This document shows, piece by piece, positions 7,585-17,481 of a stretch of DNA of 42,620 bases. The notes under the pieces were generated by a model, which did no database searches, was not told the DNA's origin, and worked only from the letters and a program-made list of their open reading frames with translations. The DNA is taken from the NCBI GenBank assembly GCA_031267345.1, contig JAIRZG010000162.1, forward strand, positions 1-42,620, given 5' to 3'. The stretch is from Zoogloeaceae bacterium (lineage in GTDB: Bacteria; Pseudomonadota; Gammaproteobacteria; Burkholderiales; Rhodocyclaceae). Position 1 is the stretch's first letter, and each line of letters begins with the position of its first letter. The position numbers and the translations under genes were made by a program.

Positions 7585-10463
7585 GCCTGAAATCGGTTTG
7601 GCGCACACTTTGGCCGTGGTCGTTGCTGGTGGTGCTGGGTGGCGCGCTGTTTGTTTTTTACGTTCAGAGCAGCGTGGTTGATGACAAGGCGCGCGGTCAG
7701 GTTGAACTGGATATGCGCCAGATATTGGCGCTGGACACCCGCGTCAATCTGGACGTGTTGCGTCTGCGGCATCGCCAGTTGCAGGGTTATGATTCATTGG
7801 CGAGTTCCACCTTGCAGGTGACGAATCTGTTGCAGGGCCTGCAGACGCAGTTTGAGCAGATGGGCTTGCCGGAAGCTCTGGTTTCGACCCGTCAGGCGTG
7901 GCGCGCGAAGGAAACGGCGCTGGATGATTTCAAGCGTCAGAATACCGTGCTGGTCAATTCCCTGTATCACTTTGTCAATCTTTCGCGGCAGCTTCACGCG
8001 GCGAAAGTGGGTAATGTTGATCTGCTGAACGCCATTACCCGCGATGTGTTGGTGTTCATCAATGAACAGCAGACGGAGGACATTCCGGCCATCCTTGCCC
8101 ATCTGGAGCAACTGGAGGCGCTCGGCAAAACCTGGCCGGGCGTGACGGCGACGCGCAGCTCGCTGCTGGCGGCGCACGCGCGGCAGATTGTGAATAATCA
8201 CCTGCCGATGCAACGCTTGATGCTTGCCATTTCGCGCAATTACTTTGCGCAGGATCTGGAACTGGCCTATGGCGAATATGTCCGCGCTTACAATCAGGCG
8301 TCCGCGCAGGCGGAATATTATCGGCGGCTGATGGCGGTTTTTGCGCTGATCATGGTGGTGTCGGTGGTGCTGATTATGCTACGTTTGCAATATACGGCGC
8401 GGGAACTGGAAAGTAGCCATTCTCTGCTGGATAACATTGCCGATCATTTGGGCGAAGGTATTTTGAGCTTTGACGGCGAAGGACGGTTGAATTTCATGAA
8501 CCAGCGCGCTGAAATTTTGCTGGGCAGACAGGAAGCGGACTTGCTGGGGCGCGATCTGGCGGAAATCTGGCCACGCGAATCCCTGTCGGATTCCGCCTTC
8601 CGCGCCGCGCGCCAGTACGGGCGTTCGTTTGAGGGCGAAGAATGGTTGCGTCGCGCCAATGGCGAGCATTTTCCCGCCTTTTTCCTGGGCGGGCCGCTGC
8701 CGAACCTGGATAACACGGACGTCGCGCAGGGGTACGTGGCGTCTTTCCGCGATGTCGCCGCGCAGCATCAATCCGAGGCGCGGTTGCGGATTGCCGCCAG
8801 CGTCTTTGGCAGCCTTTCCGAAGCCATGACCATTGCCGGGCCGGATGGGCGGATTATTTCGATCAATCCGGCTTTTTCCCGGATTACCGGCTTCAGCGAG
8901 GTCGAGGCCCAGGGCAAGACGCCGGGCGAATTGCTGGGTTCCGGTCTGCATGACAAAGAATTTTTTCGCGACATGTGGCGCAACCTGAGCGAGTCTGACC
9001 GCTGGCAAGGGGAAATCATCAATCGCCGCAAGAATGGCGAAACCTATCCTGAATGGCTTTCCATTACGGTGGTGCGTAACGAGGAAGGCGATGTGGCGCA
9101 ATACATTGCGCTCTTTTCCGATATTTCCGAGCGCAAGCAGGTGGAAGCCCGCATTCATCGTTTGTCTTATCACGATCTGTTGACCGGTCTGGCCAACCGG
9201 TTGCTTTTCCAGGATCGTCTGGAAACGGCGGTGCGGCAGGCGCATCGCAGTCATCGTCCGTTGGCGGTCATCCTGTTCGATCTTGACCATTTCAAGAACA
9301 TCAATGATTCTCTGGAGCATCGCGCGGGCGACAATCTGCTGTCTGCGGTGGGGCAGCGGGTACAGACGTTATTGCATGAAGGCGATACCCTGGCGCGGCT
9401 TTCCGGCGACGAATTCGCCGTTTTGCTGCCGGATGGCATTACTTCCCACGCGGACGCCGCCAAACAGGCCAGACTTGTCATGAGCGCCTTTGCCACGCCA
9501 TTCGATCTGGAAGGGCGGGAGATTCATATCACGGTCAGTATCGGCATTGCCGTTTATCCTGCCGATGGCGAAACCTGGGAAGTCCTGCTGAAAAACGCCG
9601 ATGTGGCGTTGCATAACGCCAAAGACGCCGGACGCGCCACGTTCCGCTTTTTTCAGGAGAGCGACAACCTGCATTCGCTGGAGCGTCTGGAACTGGAAAA
9701 CGAGTTGCACCACGCCGTCCGGCGCAACGAGCTGCGTCTTTACTACCAACCGCAGGTCGATACACGCAGCGGCATGATTCACGGCGTGGAAGCGCTATGC
9801 TACTGGCAGCATCCCACACGCGGCCTGCTCATGCCCCAGGACTTCATCGGTCTGGCGGAAAATTCCAGCTATATCGAAACCCTGGGACGCTGGTGTCTGG
9901 AAAACGGTTGTCGGCAACTGGTGGAATGGCAGCGTTCCGGCCTGCCGATACAGCGGATTGCCATCAATGTTTCCGCCCACCAGTTTCGTAATCCCGGCTT
10001 TACGGAAATGGTGCTGGAAATCGTCGAGGCGACTGGCGTCAATCCGAATTGTCTGGAGCTTGAACTGACCGAATCCTCAATGATCGATGATCCGGAGCGG
10101 ATTTTCAATGTGTTTACCTGTCTGCGGAAGAAGGGTTTGCGAATTGCCATTGATGATTTCGGCACTGGCTATTCTTCGCTTTCCTATCTGGCGCGTTATC
10201 CGGTGGATGTGATTAAAATCGACAAGAGTTTTGTTGATGGCATTGTGAGCGATGGGGACCAGAATACCTTTTCTCTGGTGCAGGCGGTGGTGCTGATGGC
10301 GCATACCCTGCACATGGAAACCATTGCGGAAGGCGTGGAAAACGAAGAACAACGCCGCTGTCTGGTGGAGATGCAATGCGATCTGCTGCAAGGCTACCTT
10401 TACTCCCGTCCCTGCCTCGCCCCTGCCCTTATCGACCTGCCCTGCGTAGCCGACGACGATTGA
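7581..10463 (+). CDS. DAHL-like sensor + PAS-PAS + GGDEF-EAL c-di-GMP protein
   Basis: TM-helical periplasmic region (FKRQNTVLVNSLYHF)-TM; two PAS domains; DLLTGLANR, DLDHFKNIND, SGDEF; VEAL, ELTES, DDFGTGYSSL, AEGVE. ATGA overlap with the peroxidase. Confidence 0.92.
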   Translation: MSLKSVWRTLWPWSLLVVLGGALFVFYVQSSVVDDKARGQVELDMRQILALDTRVNLDVLRLRHRQLQGYDSLASSTLQVTNLLQGLQTQFEQMGLPEALVSTRQAWRAKETALDDFKRQNTVLVNSLYHFVNLSRQLHAAKVGNVDLLNAITRDVLVFINEQQTEDIPAILAHLEQLEALGKTWPGVTATRSSLLAAHARQIVNNHLPMQRLMLAISRNYFAQDLELAYGEYVRAYNQASAQAEYYRRLMAVFALIMVVSVVLIMLRLQYTARELESSHSLLDNIADHLGEGILSFDGEGRLNFMNQRAEILLGRQEADLLGRDLAEIWPRESLSDSAFRAARQYGRSFEGEEWLRRANGEHFPAFFLGGPLPNLDNTDVAQGYVASFRDVAAQHQSEARLRIAASVFGSLSEAMTIAGPDGRIISINPAFSRITGFSEVEAQGKTPGELLGSGLHDKEFFRDMWRNLSESDRWQGEIINRRKNGETYPEWLSITVVRNEEGDVAQYIALFSDISERKQVEARIHRLSYHDLLTGLANRLLFQDRLETAVRQAHRSHRPLAVILFDLDHFKNINDSLEHRAGDNLLSAVGQRVQTLLHEGDTLARLSGDEFAVLLPDGITSHADAAKQARLVMSAFATPFDLEGREIHITVSIGIAVYPADGETWEVLLKNADVALHNAKDAGRATFRFFQESDNLHSLERLELENELHHAVRRNELRLYYQPQVDTRSGMIHGVEALCYWQHPTRGLLMPQDFIGLAENSSYIETLGRWCLENGCRQLVEWQRSGLPIQRIAINVSAHQFRNPGFTEMVLEIVEATGVNPNCLELELTESSMIDDPERIFNVFTCLRKKGLRIAIDDFGTGYSSLSYLARYPVDVIKIDKSFVDGIVSDGDQNTFSLVQAVVLMAHTLHMETIAEGVENEEQRRCLVEMQCDLLQGYLYSRPCLAPALIDLPCVADDD

Positions 10464-10672
10464 GGTCAGGCCAGCCGGACAATCGTGATGCGCTGTGGGG
10501 ACGATGGGGATGACATCATTACAAGACGACGTTCGCCGGATTTTCGGCGGCAAGTAAGGCGGGATGCGTTTTCCTTCGGAATATTGCCCGCGCCGAAGGC
10601 GCGCATCGCCGTTCGCAAGGGCAATAGGCTATAGTGTGGCGCGTGTCGCGTGGTTTTTTCGAGTTTTGCATC

Positions 10673-12130
10673 ATGACATTTTCTTCGTTGCTCCGCTGTT
10701 TTTTGTTGACGCTGTGTCTTGTTCTGGGTGCGGCGCGATCGGCTTGGGGGCAGATCAACGAGAACGATCTGCCGGAACTGGGCGATTCCGCCAGCGCGGA
10801 ACTGAGTATGCAGACCGAGAAAAAAATCGGCCAGGAAATCATGAACGAAATCCGGCGCGACGCGATGTATCTTGACGATCCGGAAGTCGAAGCCTATTTG
10901 AACCGTCTGGGCAATCGTCTGGCTGCCGCCAGTTCCGACCCCGGCATCGGCTTTTATTTTTTTTCGGTGAATGATCCGATGATTAACGCCTTCGCCATGT
11001 TCGGCGGTTATATCGGCGTCAACAGCGGCCTGATCCTGGCGGTGCAGAGCGAATCGGAACTGGCGGGCGTATTGGCGCACGAAGTCTCGCATGTCACGCA
11101 ACGCCATCTGGCGCGCGGTATTGTCCGACAAAACCAGATTTCCACCGCCAGTCTGTTGGTAATGGCCGCCGCCATCCTGGCGGCGCATTCCAGTCCGGAC
11201 GCGGTGGGCGCAGCGATGGCGGGCGCGTCCGCTGGCGCGATACAGGCGCAACTGGGTTTTTCCCGCGACTTTGAGCGCGAAGCCGACCGCGCCGGTTTTC
11301 AGATCCTGCAAAAGGCCGGATTTGACGCGCGTGGCATGTCCGCGTTCTTTTCCCGTCTGCAACGGGCGACGCGGGTGTATGAAAACAACGCGCCGGTTTA
11401 TCTGCGTACCCACCCGTTGAGCATCGAGCGCATTTCCGACATGCAGAATCGGGAATTGAACCAGCCTTATCGGCAGGTGCCGGACAGTCTGGAATTCCAG
11501 TTGGTGCGCGCCCGTCTGCAAGCCCTGCGCGGTACGCCCGCCGAAGCGGTGGCGCATTTTCAGGCGTTGCTGACCGAACAGAAAACCCTGAATGTCGCCG
11601 TCACGCAATACGGTCTGGCGGTCGCTCATGCGCGCAAAAAGGATTGGGCGGCGGCGGAAAATATCCTGAATGCCCTACGTCAGAGCCAGAACGCTGCGCC
11701 GATGATTGATCGCCTTTACGCCGAAGCCCGCGTCCGGCGTGGCGATCTGGCGGGCGGTCTGGCGGCCTTTCGGGAGGCGTTAAGCCGCTATCCCGACGCC
11801 GTGGCGCTGGTGTACGCCTATGGCAAGGTCTTGCTGGAGAATCGGCGTTTTAGCGAGGCGCAGGCTTTTTTCGAGCAACGTCTGCGTAAAAATGCGAGCG
11901 ACGCCCGCCTGTACAGATTACAGGCGCAAGCTTACGCGGCGCTGGGCAAGATGGGACAACAACATCAGGCGCTGGCGGAAGCCTACGCGCTGGAAGGCGC
12001 GCTGCCCGCCGCCATTGAGCAGCTTGAATTGGCGCAACGCGCCGGGGACAACGATTTTTACACCAGTTCCACCATCGACGCCCGCTTGCGCCAGTTGAAA
12101 CAAAAGCAGGCGGAAGCGAAATCGCCATGA
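10673..12130 (+). CDS. bepA: M48 metalloprotease with TPRs (BepA/YfgC)
   Basis: LPELGD, INAFAMFGGYIGVNSGL, HEVSH, FSRDFEREADR, YLRTHP. Confidence 0.9.
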   Translation: MTFSSLLRCFLLTLCLVLGAARSAWGQINENDLPELGDSASAELSMQTEKKIGQEIMNEIRRDAMYLDDPEVEAYLNRLGNRLAAASSDPGIGFYFFSVNDPMINAFAMFGGYIGVNSGLILAVQSESELAGVLAHEVSHVTQRHLARGIVRQNQISTASLLVMAAAILAAHSSPDAVGAAMAGASAGAIQAQLGFSRDFEREADRAGFQILQKAGFDARGMSAFFSRLQRATRVYENNAPVYLRTHPLSIERISDMQNRELNQPYRQVPDSLEFQLVRARLQALRGTPAEAVAHFQALLTEQKTLNVAVTQYGLAVAHARKKDWAAAENILNALRQSQNAAPMIDRLYAEARVRRGDLAGGLAAFREALSRYPDAVALVYAYGKVLLENRRFSEAQAFFEQRLRKNASDARLYRLQAQAYAALGKMGQQHQALAEAYALEGALPAAIEQLELAQRAGDNDFYTSSTIDARLRQLKQKQAEAKSP

Positions 12131-12139
12131 GAATGCCAC

Positions 12140-12367
12140 ATGAAGGTTGATCACGAACTCGATGTGCGCGGGCTGAATTGCCCCTTGCCCATCCTGCGCA
12201 CCAAGAAGGCGCTGGCGGGCATGGAAAGCGGGCAAACGCTCAGGGTGCTGGCGACCGACCCCGGCGCGCGCCAGGACTTTCCCGCCTTCGCCGAACAAAG
12301 CGGCAACGCCCTGCTGACGCAAGGCGAAAACGGCGGCGTGTTCGAGTTCGTGTTGCGGCGCAGGTGA
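12140..12367 (+). CDS. tusA: Sulfurtransferase TusA/SirA family
   Basis: LDVRGLNCPLP motif, ATDPG. Confidence 0.88.
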   Translation: MKVDHELDVRGLNCPLPILRTKKALAGMESGQTLRVLATDPGARQDFPAFAEQSGNALLTQGENGGVFEFVLRRR

Positions 12368-12950
12368 GGGCGCAGCGCGTCGGCAAAAATCTTCGGATTG
12401 GTCGTCCTGTGTGACGAAAACCACGCGCCTGCTTCCTTCATGCCGGAGTGTCGTCTGTTTCTGAACGCTCCGGTTTTGCGGGGATGAACCAGCCCATCAT
12501 GAAAAATTCGATGGTCATGCGGCAGATTTTCCTGAATGCCGGACGGGGCGCGATGCCTGCGCCGGAGAAAGGAGGTTATCCGTCAGTTTTTCCAACACAT
12601 CTTCCAAAACATGGCTTGCCGCGCTTGTGGAACCATGACGCTGCGGACATTGCAAGGATCAATCTGTACGTCACGTCGGGACAAAGGCCGCCAAAGAACG
12701 GGTTATGCACAGGAATGTCACGCGCGGCGAACAGGGATTCCGTCAGCGCGGGATCGGCGGGGTTTTCGGGGCGGTGAATCGGGAGCATCATCATGGCGCG
12801 CGCAGTTTTCGGGGGCAAGGCGATTTCACGACAATTGCAAATCCGGCGAGATGCGCGTTGTGTTTGCGCTACTGCCATTTGCGGGGATGCGTTGTCACTG
12901 CCAGCAAATGTTGTTACATTTCAAGCTTCTCTGGAAATTCTGAATAACCC

Positions 12951-13018
12951 TCATTCCTGCGTAAGCAGGAATCTACAAGTCCTTGAAAACACTGGATTCC
13001 TGTTTTCGCGGGAAGGAC
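12951..13018. repeat. dRS3/REP-like paired palindromic element
   Basis: TCATTCCTGC-GTAA-GCAGGAATCTA...CTGGATTCCTGTTTTCGCGGGAAGGAC, resembling the ATTCCC-N8-GGGAAT pair pattern. Confidence 0.6.
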
Positions 13019-13099
13019 GGATTCTGGCTTGTACAGGGTTTACTTTCTGGGTTTGCCTGTGCAATTCATGACAGGTATTGTGTAATGGGAGGCGATACC

Positions 13100-13966
13100 A
13101 TGACTCGAACATTTTTTCTGCGTTGCGGCGCGTTTCTTTTCGGTCTTGCGGCGGCGGCGCTGGTTCAGGCGGCGGAGGTGGGCAAGGTGGCGCAGCTGGT
13201 TCCCGGCGCGACGCTGTTGCGTAGCGGGCAGACGCAACCCCTGCGACAAAATGCTTCAGTTCTGGATTCCGATGTAATTGCCACCGACGCCACGGGGCGG
13301 GTGCGGATTGTGTTCAATGATGACACCGCCCTGAGTTTTGGCGGCAATACCCGCATCAACCTGCGCGATTTTGTCGGCGTCAAAAAAACCGCGTTCAGCG
13401 CCCGCCTGTTGCAAAGCGCCGCGCGTTCGGCTTCCAAAACGATTAGCGCGCAGAATCCGGGCGGCTTCGGCGGCATTGACCCGACCGCCACGGCGGGCGG
13501 AGCGGGCCTGGGTGGAGGAAACGCGCCTATTCTGGTCAATGTGAAGGGAACGATTGACGCCGGTCTGGATTACGCATTTGAATTTCGGATGAATCTGGCC
13601 AAAGGCATTATTTTTCAGGGCGTGTTGGCGGATAACGGCAGCAACAGCGGCAAGGCGTATCGTCTTGCTTTTACCAAAGGCGAAGGCGAGATCGGCGCGT
13701 CCGGCTGGCGTGTGATCTTTACCGATGGCAGCGTTCAGGCGAAGGACGCCAATGGCGCGACGACGCACAAAAACTGGAAGGTCACGCTTTCCGGCTCCGA
13801 CACCCTGCATGCCCTGAAAGCCAAATCATCCAGCGGAGGCAGCGTACAAGTGACCGGCTTCAACCTGCAAGACGCAAAAGGCGCGCTGGTTCTGGAATAC
13901 AGCCTGACAGGCCGCAGCGCGCAAGCAACTTCCAGCGGCGCGGGCGGACCGCCGAAGTTCTATTGA
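13100..13966 (+). CDS. Secreted FecR-domain protein
   Basis: Signal peptide; EVGKV...DVIATDATGRVRIVFNDDTALSFGGNT FecR-like motif; SD GGAGG. Confidence 0.7.
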   Translation: MTRTFFLRCGAFLFGLAAAALVQAAEVGKVAQLVPGATLLRSGQTQPLRQNASVLDSDVIATDATGRVRIVFNDDTALSFGGNTRINLRDFVGVKKTAFSARLLQSAARSASKTISAQNPGGFGGIDPTATAGGAGLGGGNAPILVNVKGTIDAGLDYAFEFRMNLAKGIIFQGVLADNGSNSGKAYRLAFTKGEGEIGASGWRVIFTDGSVQAKDANGATTHKNWKVTLSGSDTLHALKAKSSSGGSVQVTGFNLQDAKGALVLEYSLTGRSAQATSSGAGGPPKFY

Positions 13967-14436
13967 GGTTTGGCGTCTGTTTCCTCACGGAAACGGATCG
14001 CCAGCATTTCGGCACGGGCGCAGGTTTGTCCGGCAGCGGTAAGGTCCATCGCCAGTCTGACCTTGCGACCGGAGTGTTCAAGCAGGCGGGCGCGGAGAAT
14101 GAGTTCCGTGTTTTGCGGGGTAGGGCGCAGAAAGTCGATGTTCAGGGAAGCCGTGACGTAGCGTATGAGTCGGGCGAACGGACGATCTTCGGCGCGACAG
14201 GCAAAGGCAGCGGCGGAAGCCGTGCCATGACAATCAAACAACGCCGCAATCAGGCCGCCATACACATGTTCCGGCACACCACCGCTATAGAGCGGCGCGG
14301 GTGTAAAACGGGTGAGGGTGCTGTCCGGATCGGCTTCGTCCCAAAAGGTTTTGAGCCGCAACCCCTGCGGATGGAGCCTGCCGCAGCCAAAGCAATGACT
14401 GAATTTGTCGGGGTAATAATCCTGAAAAGCCTGCAT
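13960..14436 (-). CDS. PaaI family thioesterase
   Basis: HCFGCG, VYGGLIAALFDCHG, YVTASLNIDFLRPTP. Confidence 0.88.
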   Translation of the reverse strand: MQAFQDYYPDKFSHCFGCGRLHPQGLRLKTFWDEADPDSTLTRFTPAPLYSGGVPEHVYGGLIAALFDCHGTASAAAFACRAEDRPFARLIRYVTASLNIDFLRPTPQNTELILRARLLEHSGRKVRLAMDLTAAGQTCARAEMLAIRFREETDAKPQ

Positions 14437-14811
14437 GACAACGCGCTCCCTGTAAGCAATGCGGGGATTTTAACAGGACAATCGCCTGAATGCTGTTGTA
14501 ATGATAACCAACACGTTGGATTTTATTGCGCCACGCGCAATTTAATTGCAGGAACGGCCGCTGCATTGCCGATGGCATTGAGGGTTATCGCCGTCCGCGC
14601 GTGAGCGATAATTTGTAAATAAAGTGTAACAATCTCTCGATCTGTCGATCTCCCCAGAGACTCAATAGATGAGTCTACCGCCGTCCTCGTTGGACTGTGG
14701 AGATTCGTAGTGGACGGGCTTGAAGTAAGGCTCCAGTTCGGCAGAAATCCAATTGAACCGTCTCATCAAGATGGCAGCCATGTCGTTAAGGTTCTTGATA
14801 GGATCGCTAGA

Positions 14812-14905
14812 TGTTTAGTCCCGAAATTTGATGGCATAATCTTATCCAACAGTTGGAAGGAGGTGCTGTGGGACAAGTTTTACACGGCTGCCCCCGCCCA
14901 CAGAC
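14812..14905 (+). mobile_element. IS481-family left-end remnant
   Basis: Starts with TGT; GTCCCGAAATTTGATGGCATA...GGAGG then GTG GGA CAA GTT TTA CAC GGC (MGQVLHG, a recalled IS481 transposase N-terminus), then abruptly lost. Confidence 0.6.
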
Positions 14906-14926
14906 CCGATGAACAAGGAAGCCCTC

Positions 14927-15214
14927 ATGATTAAAGTCGTCGCCAAAAACATCCTGCAAGACGGGACGAAAGACCAGGCGCTCGCCCTTCTGGAAGAAAT
15001 GGTTACCGCCACTCGCAAAGAAGATGGCTGCATTACCTACGAACTCTACGAATCGGACGGCAACCCGAACATCATTACTTTCATCGAAGAATGGGAAAGC
15101 CTTGCCAAGCTGACCGCGCACATCAACAGCGAACACTTCAAGCGCATCATCCCTGCCGTCGGAAAATTTGTCGCTGAAGACAGTCCGGTGGAAATTTACA
15201 GGCGCTTGAAGTAA
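14927..15214 (+). CDS. Putative quinol monooxygenase (ABM domain)
   Basis: TRKEDGCITYELY, FIEEWES, HINSEHF. Confidence 0.88.
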   Translation: MIKVVAKNILQDGTKDQALALLEEMVTATRKEDGCITYELYESDGNPNIITFIEEWESLAKLTAHINSEHFKRIIPAVGKFVAEDSPVEIYRRLK

Positions 15215-15226
15215 CAGGGATTACTC

Positions 15227-16327
15227 TCAAAAGACCTGTTTCACGCCAAACTGAAAGCCGCTCTGGTAACCGTTACCGGGATTGTCGGTGTCGCTGAGGG
15301 AAGCTGCCCTGGTACTGAGGAGTCCTGGCGTTTTGCGGGATTTGTCGTTATGCAGGTCAGCGATGGCGGCGTAGAAGCTGGTGCGGCGGGAAAGGGTGTA
15401 GGTGTAACCCAGCGACCATTGCCGTGCCTTGCCGCTATCGTCATGCCATGAAAGTCTGGATTGATTGTATGCCGCTTGAATCGCGTGTTTGCCGAAGGGT
15501 GCGGTCAGGCCAATCATCCAGTCTTTCAGTTTCAGGTCATTGTTGGCGACGTTCATCGCGTCATTCCATTTGTTTTCGTCATAGAAAGCGGAGAGTTTGA
15601 CTACGCCGAAATCGTAAGCGCCGCCGAGCATCCAGTTGTGGATATTCACGTTGTCGCCGTCTTCGCTTTGGATGCGATGCCAGGAAACGCCAAGGCTTAA
15701 TGCTCCGTTCGTGTAGCGCGGCACGATGTTGAGGATGCGGTAATCCCCCGCATTGCCCACGGCTTCCTGTCCTATCGCGTTGTTGGAATAGGCGACGGCG
15801 ATGCTGAGACCGGAAAAATCGGGCGTGGTGTAGAGGACAGCGTTATCCAGACGATAAGGCTCAAACAGGTTTTCTCCCCCCGTATTGGCTCCCGCCGCAA
15901 AGGTATTGCGATAGCGCCCGACGGTGCCGCCATGAAAAGGGTCAAGGTCGGAGAGGAGGTTATGAAACGGCGCATCCTGACGCCCCGCGAGCGCCGTGCC
16001 GAAAGCGCCACTCAGTCCAACGAAAGCCTGCCGCCCGAACAACCGGTCGTTTTGTTTGTGCTCGCCTGTGTCGGCGGCAAAACCGGCTTCCAGTGTCCAC
16101 AATACCTTCAGCCCGCTGCCCAAATCTTCCGCTCCCTTGAACCCGATGCGCGTACCGGAAGAAATACCGGAATCAATGGCATTCTGGCTGCCTACGCGCC
16201 GGTTAACATTGTCGCCGCGATGGCTGAACCCAACATCGACCACGCCGTAAACCTGCACGTTGGATTGAGCAAAAACAGCGCCGGATGCCAGCGCGGCCAG
16301 GACAAAGGCGACAAGTTTTCGCTGCAT
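15227..16327 (-). CDS. Gram-negative trimeric porin
   Basis: QSNVQVYGVVD, RIGFKGAEDLGSGL, FGRQAFVGLSG, YTLSRRT, C-terminal F. Confidence 0.93.
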   Translation of the reverse strand: MQRKLVAFVLAALASGAVFAQSNVQVYGVVDVGFSHRGDNVNRRVGSQNAIDSGISSGTRIGFKGAEDLGSGLKVLWTLEAGFAADTGEHKQNDRLFGRQAFVGLSGAFGTALAGRQDAPFHNLLSDLDPFHGGTVGRYRNTFAAGANTGGENLFEPYRLDNAVLYTTPDFSGLSIAVAYSNNAIGQEAVGNAGDYRILNIVPRYTNGALSLGVSWHRIQSEDGDNVNIHNWMLGGAYDFGVVKLSAFYDENKWNDAMNVANNDLKLKDWMIGLTAPFGKHAIQAAYNQSRLSWHDDSGKARQWSLGYTYTLSRRTSFYAAIADLHNDKSRKTPGLLSTRAASLSDTDNPGNGYQSGFQFGVKQVF

Positions 16328-16533
16328 GGTATTTTCCCGATGATTTTACGCGTGGGCGGACAGGGCGCTTCCCGAATGAAGACGCCGCGCGACATACAAG
16401 TAGGTTACACTATTTACGATGAATTCACGTTCAGGTTTTTATTTGTTTTGAAGACTTGCCGAAGGCTGGGGCGATGCCGACTTCTCTCCTGAAAGGCGGA
16501 ATCACTTTCCTGTGGCGCACTGCGCCGTTGATT

Positions 16534-17481
16534 TCAGATCGTCAGTCCCAGCGCGAAGCCGCCGAGGGCGACGATGCCGATTTGGATGGCGACGCCCAGT
16601 TGCGAATGCAAGGATTGGGCTTCGCGGTTGCGCAGCACGGTCAGGGCGTTTTTGTAAAAGAGCGGCAGGGCGAACAGGAACAGCCAGACCCAGAAACGCC
16701 CCTGTTGCTGTCCCCACTGCCATGCCGAAGCGGTCAGAAACAGAAGGCTCGTCGTCAGCAAAACCAGATGGTAACGTCGCGCCCATACCGCGCCCAAACG
16801 GACGGCGAGGGTAATTTTTCCGCTCAGTCGATCCTCATGCAGATCGCGTATGTTGTTGATGTTCAGCACCAGCACGCTCAACAGGCCACATGCGGTGGCG
16901 GGCAGCAGCACCGCCGCGTGAAATGTTTGCGTTTGCAGATAAAAACTGCCGCCCACGGCAACCCAGCCGAAAAAAACCAGCACCGACACATCGCCCAGAC
17001 CGTGATAGCCATAGGCATATCGTCCCAGCGTATAGGTCAGCGCCGCGAAGATGGAGACTGCGCCCAGGCCCACAAATACCAGCAAAACGTCCGGCGTCTT
17101 GCAGGCCAGATACAGGAGAACGCCGCCGCAACACAGACAGAGCGCCACCGTCAGCCAGAGGGCGCGCCGCATTTCCTCCGGCGTAATCAACCCCAACTGC
17201 ATTCCCCGTCGGGCGCCAAGCCGCCGGGGCGTATCGGCGGACTTGCTGAAATCGCCATAATCATTCGCCAGATTGGCGAGAATCTGCAACAGCGAGGCCG
17301 TCGCCAACGCCGCCCAGAACACCGCGCCGCGCCACGCCAGACCGGAAGACCAGGCCAACGCATTGCCCGTCACGATGCCGCAACAGGCCAGCGGCAGCGT
17401 CTGCAGACGCAGGGAAGCCACCCAGACGCATATCCGGTTGCGCGTTGTCAGCGGCAATGTAGGCGCATGTTTCGACATCAT
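16534..17481 (-). CDS. menA: 1,4-dihydroxy-2-naphthoate octaprenyltransferase
   Basis: RLQTLPLA, ANLANDYGD, YGYHGLGD, NINNIRD...GKITLAVRLG. Confidence 0.92.
   Translation of the reverse strand: MMSKHAPTLPLTTRNRICVWVASLRLQTLPLACCGIVTGNALAWSSGLAWRGAVFWAALATASLLQILANLANDYGDFSKSADTPRRLGARRGMQLGLITPEEMRRALWLTVALCLCCGGVLLYLACKTPDVLLVFVGLGAVSIFAALTYTLGRYAYGYHGLGDVSVLVFFGWVAVGGSFYLQTQTFHAAVLLPATACGLLSVLVLNINNIRDLHEDRLSGKITLAVRLGAVWARRYHLVLLTTSLLFLTASAWQWGQQQGRFWVWLFLFALPLFYKNALTVLRNREAQSLHSQLGVAIQIGIVALGGFALGLTI

Noticed and set aside
12448-12947. Several short overlapping ORFs between tusA and the FecR gene
   Set aside because: No motifs or consistent RBS; cannot choose a real frame.
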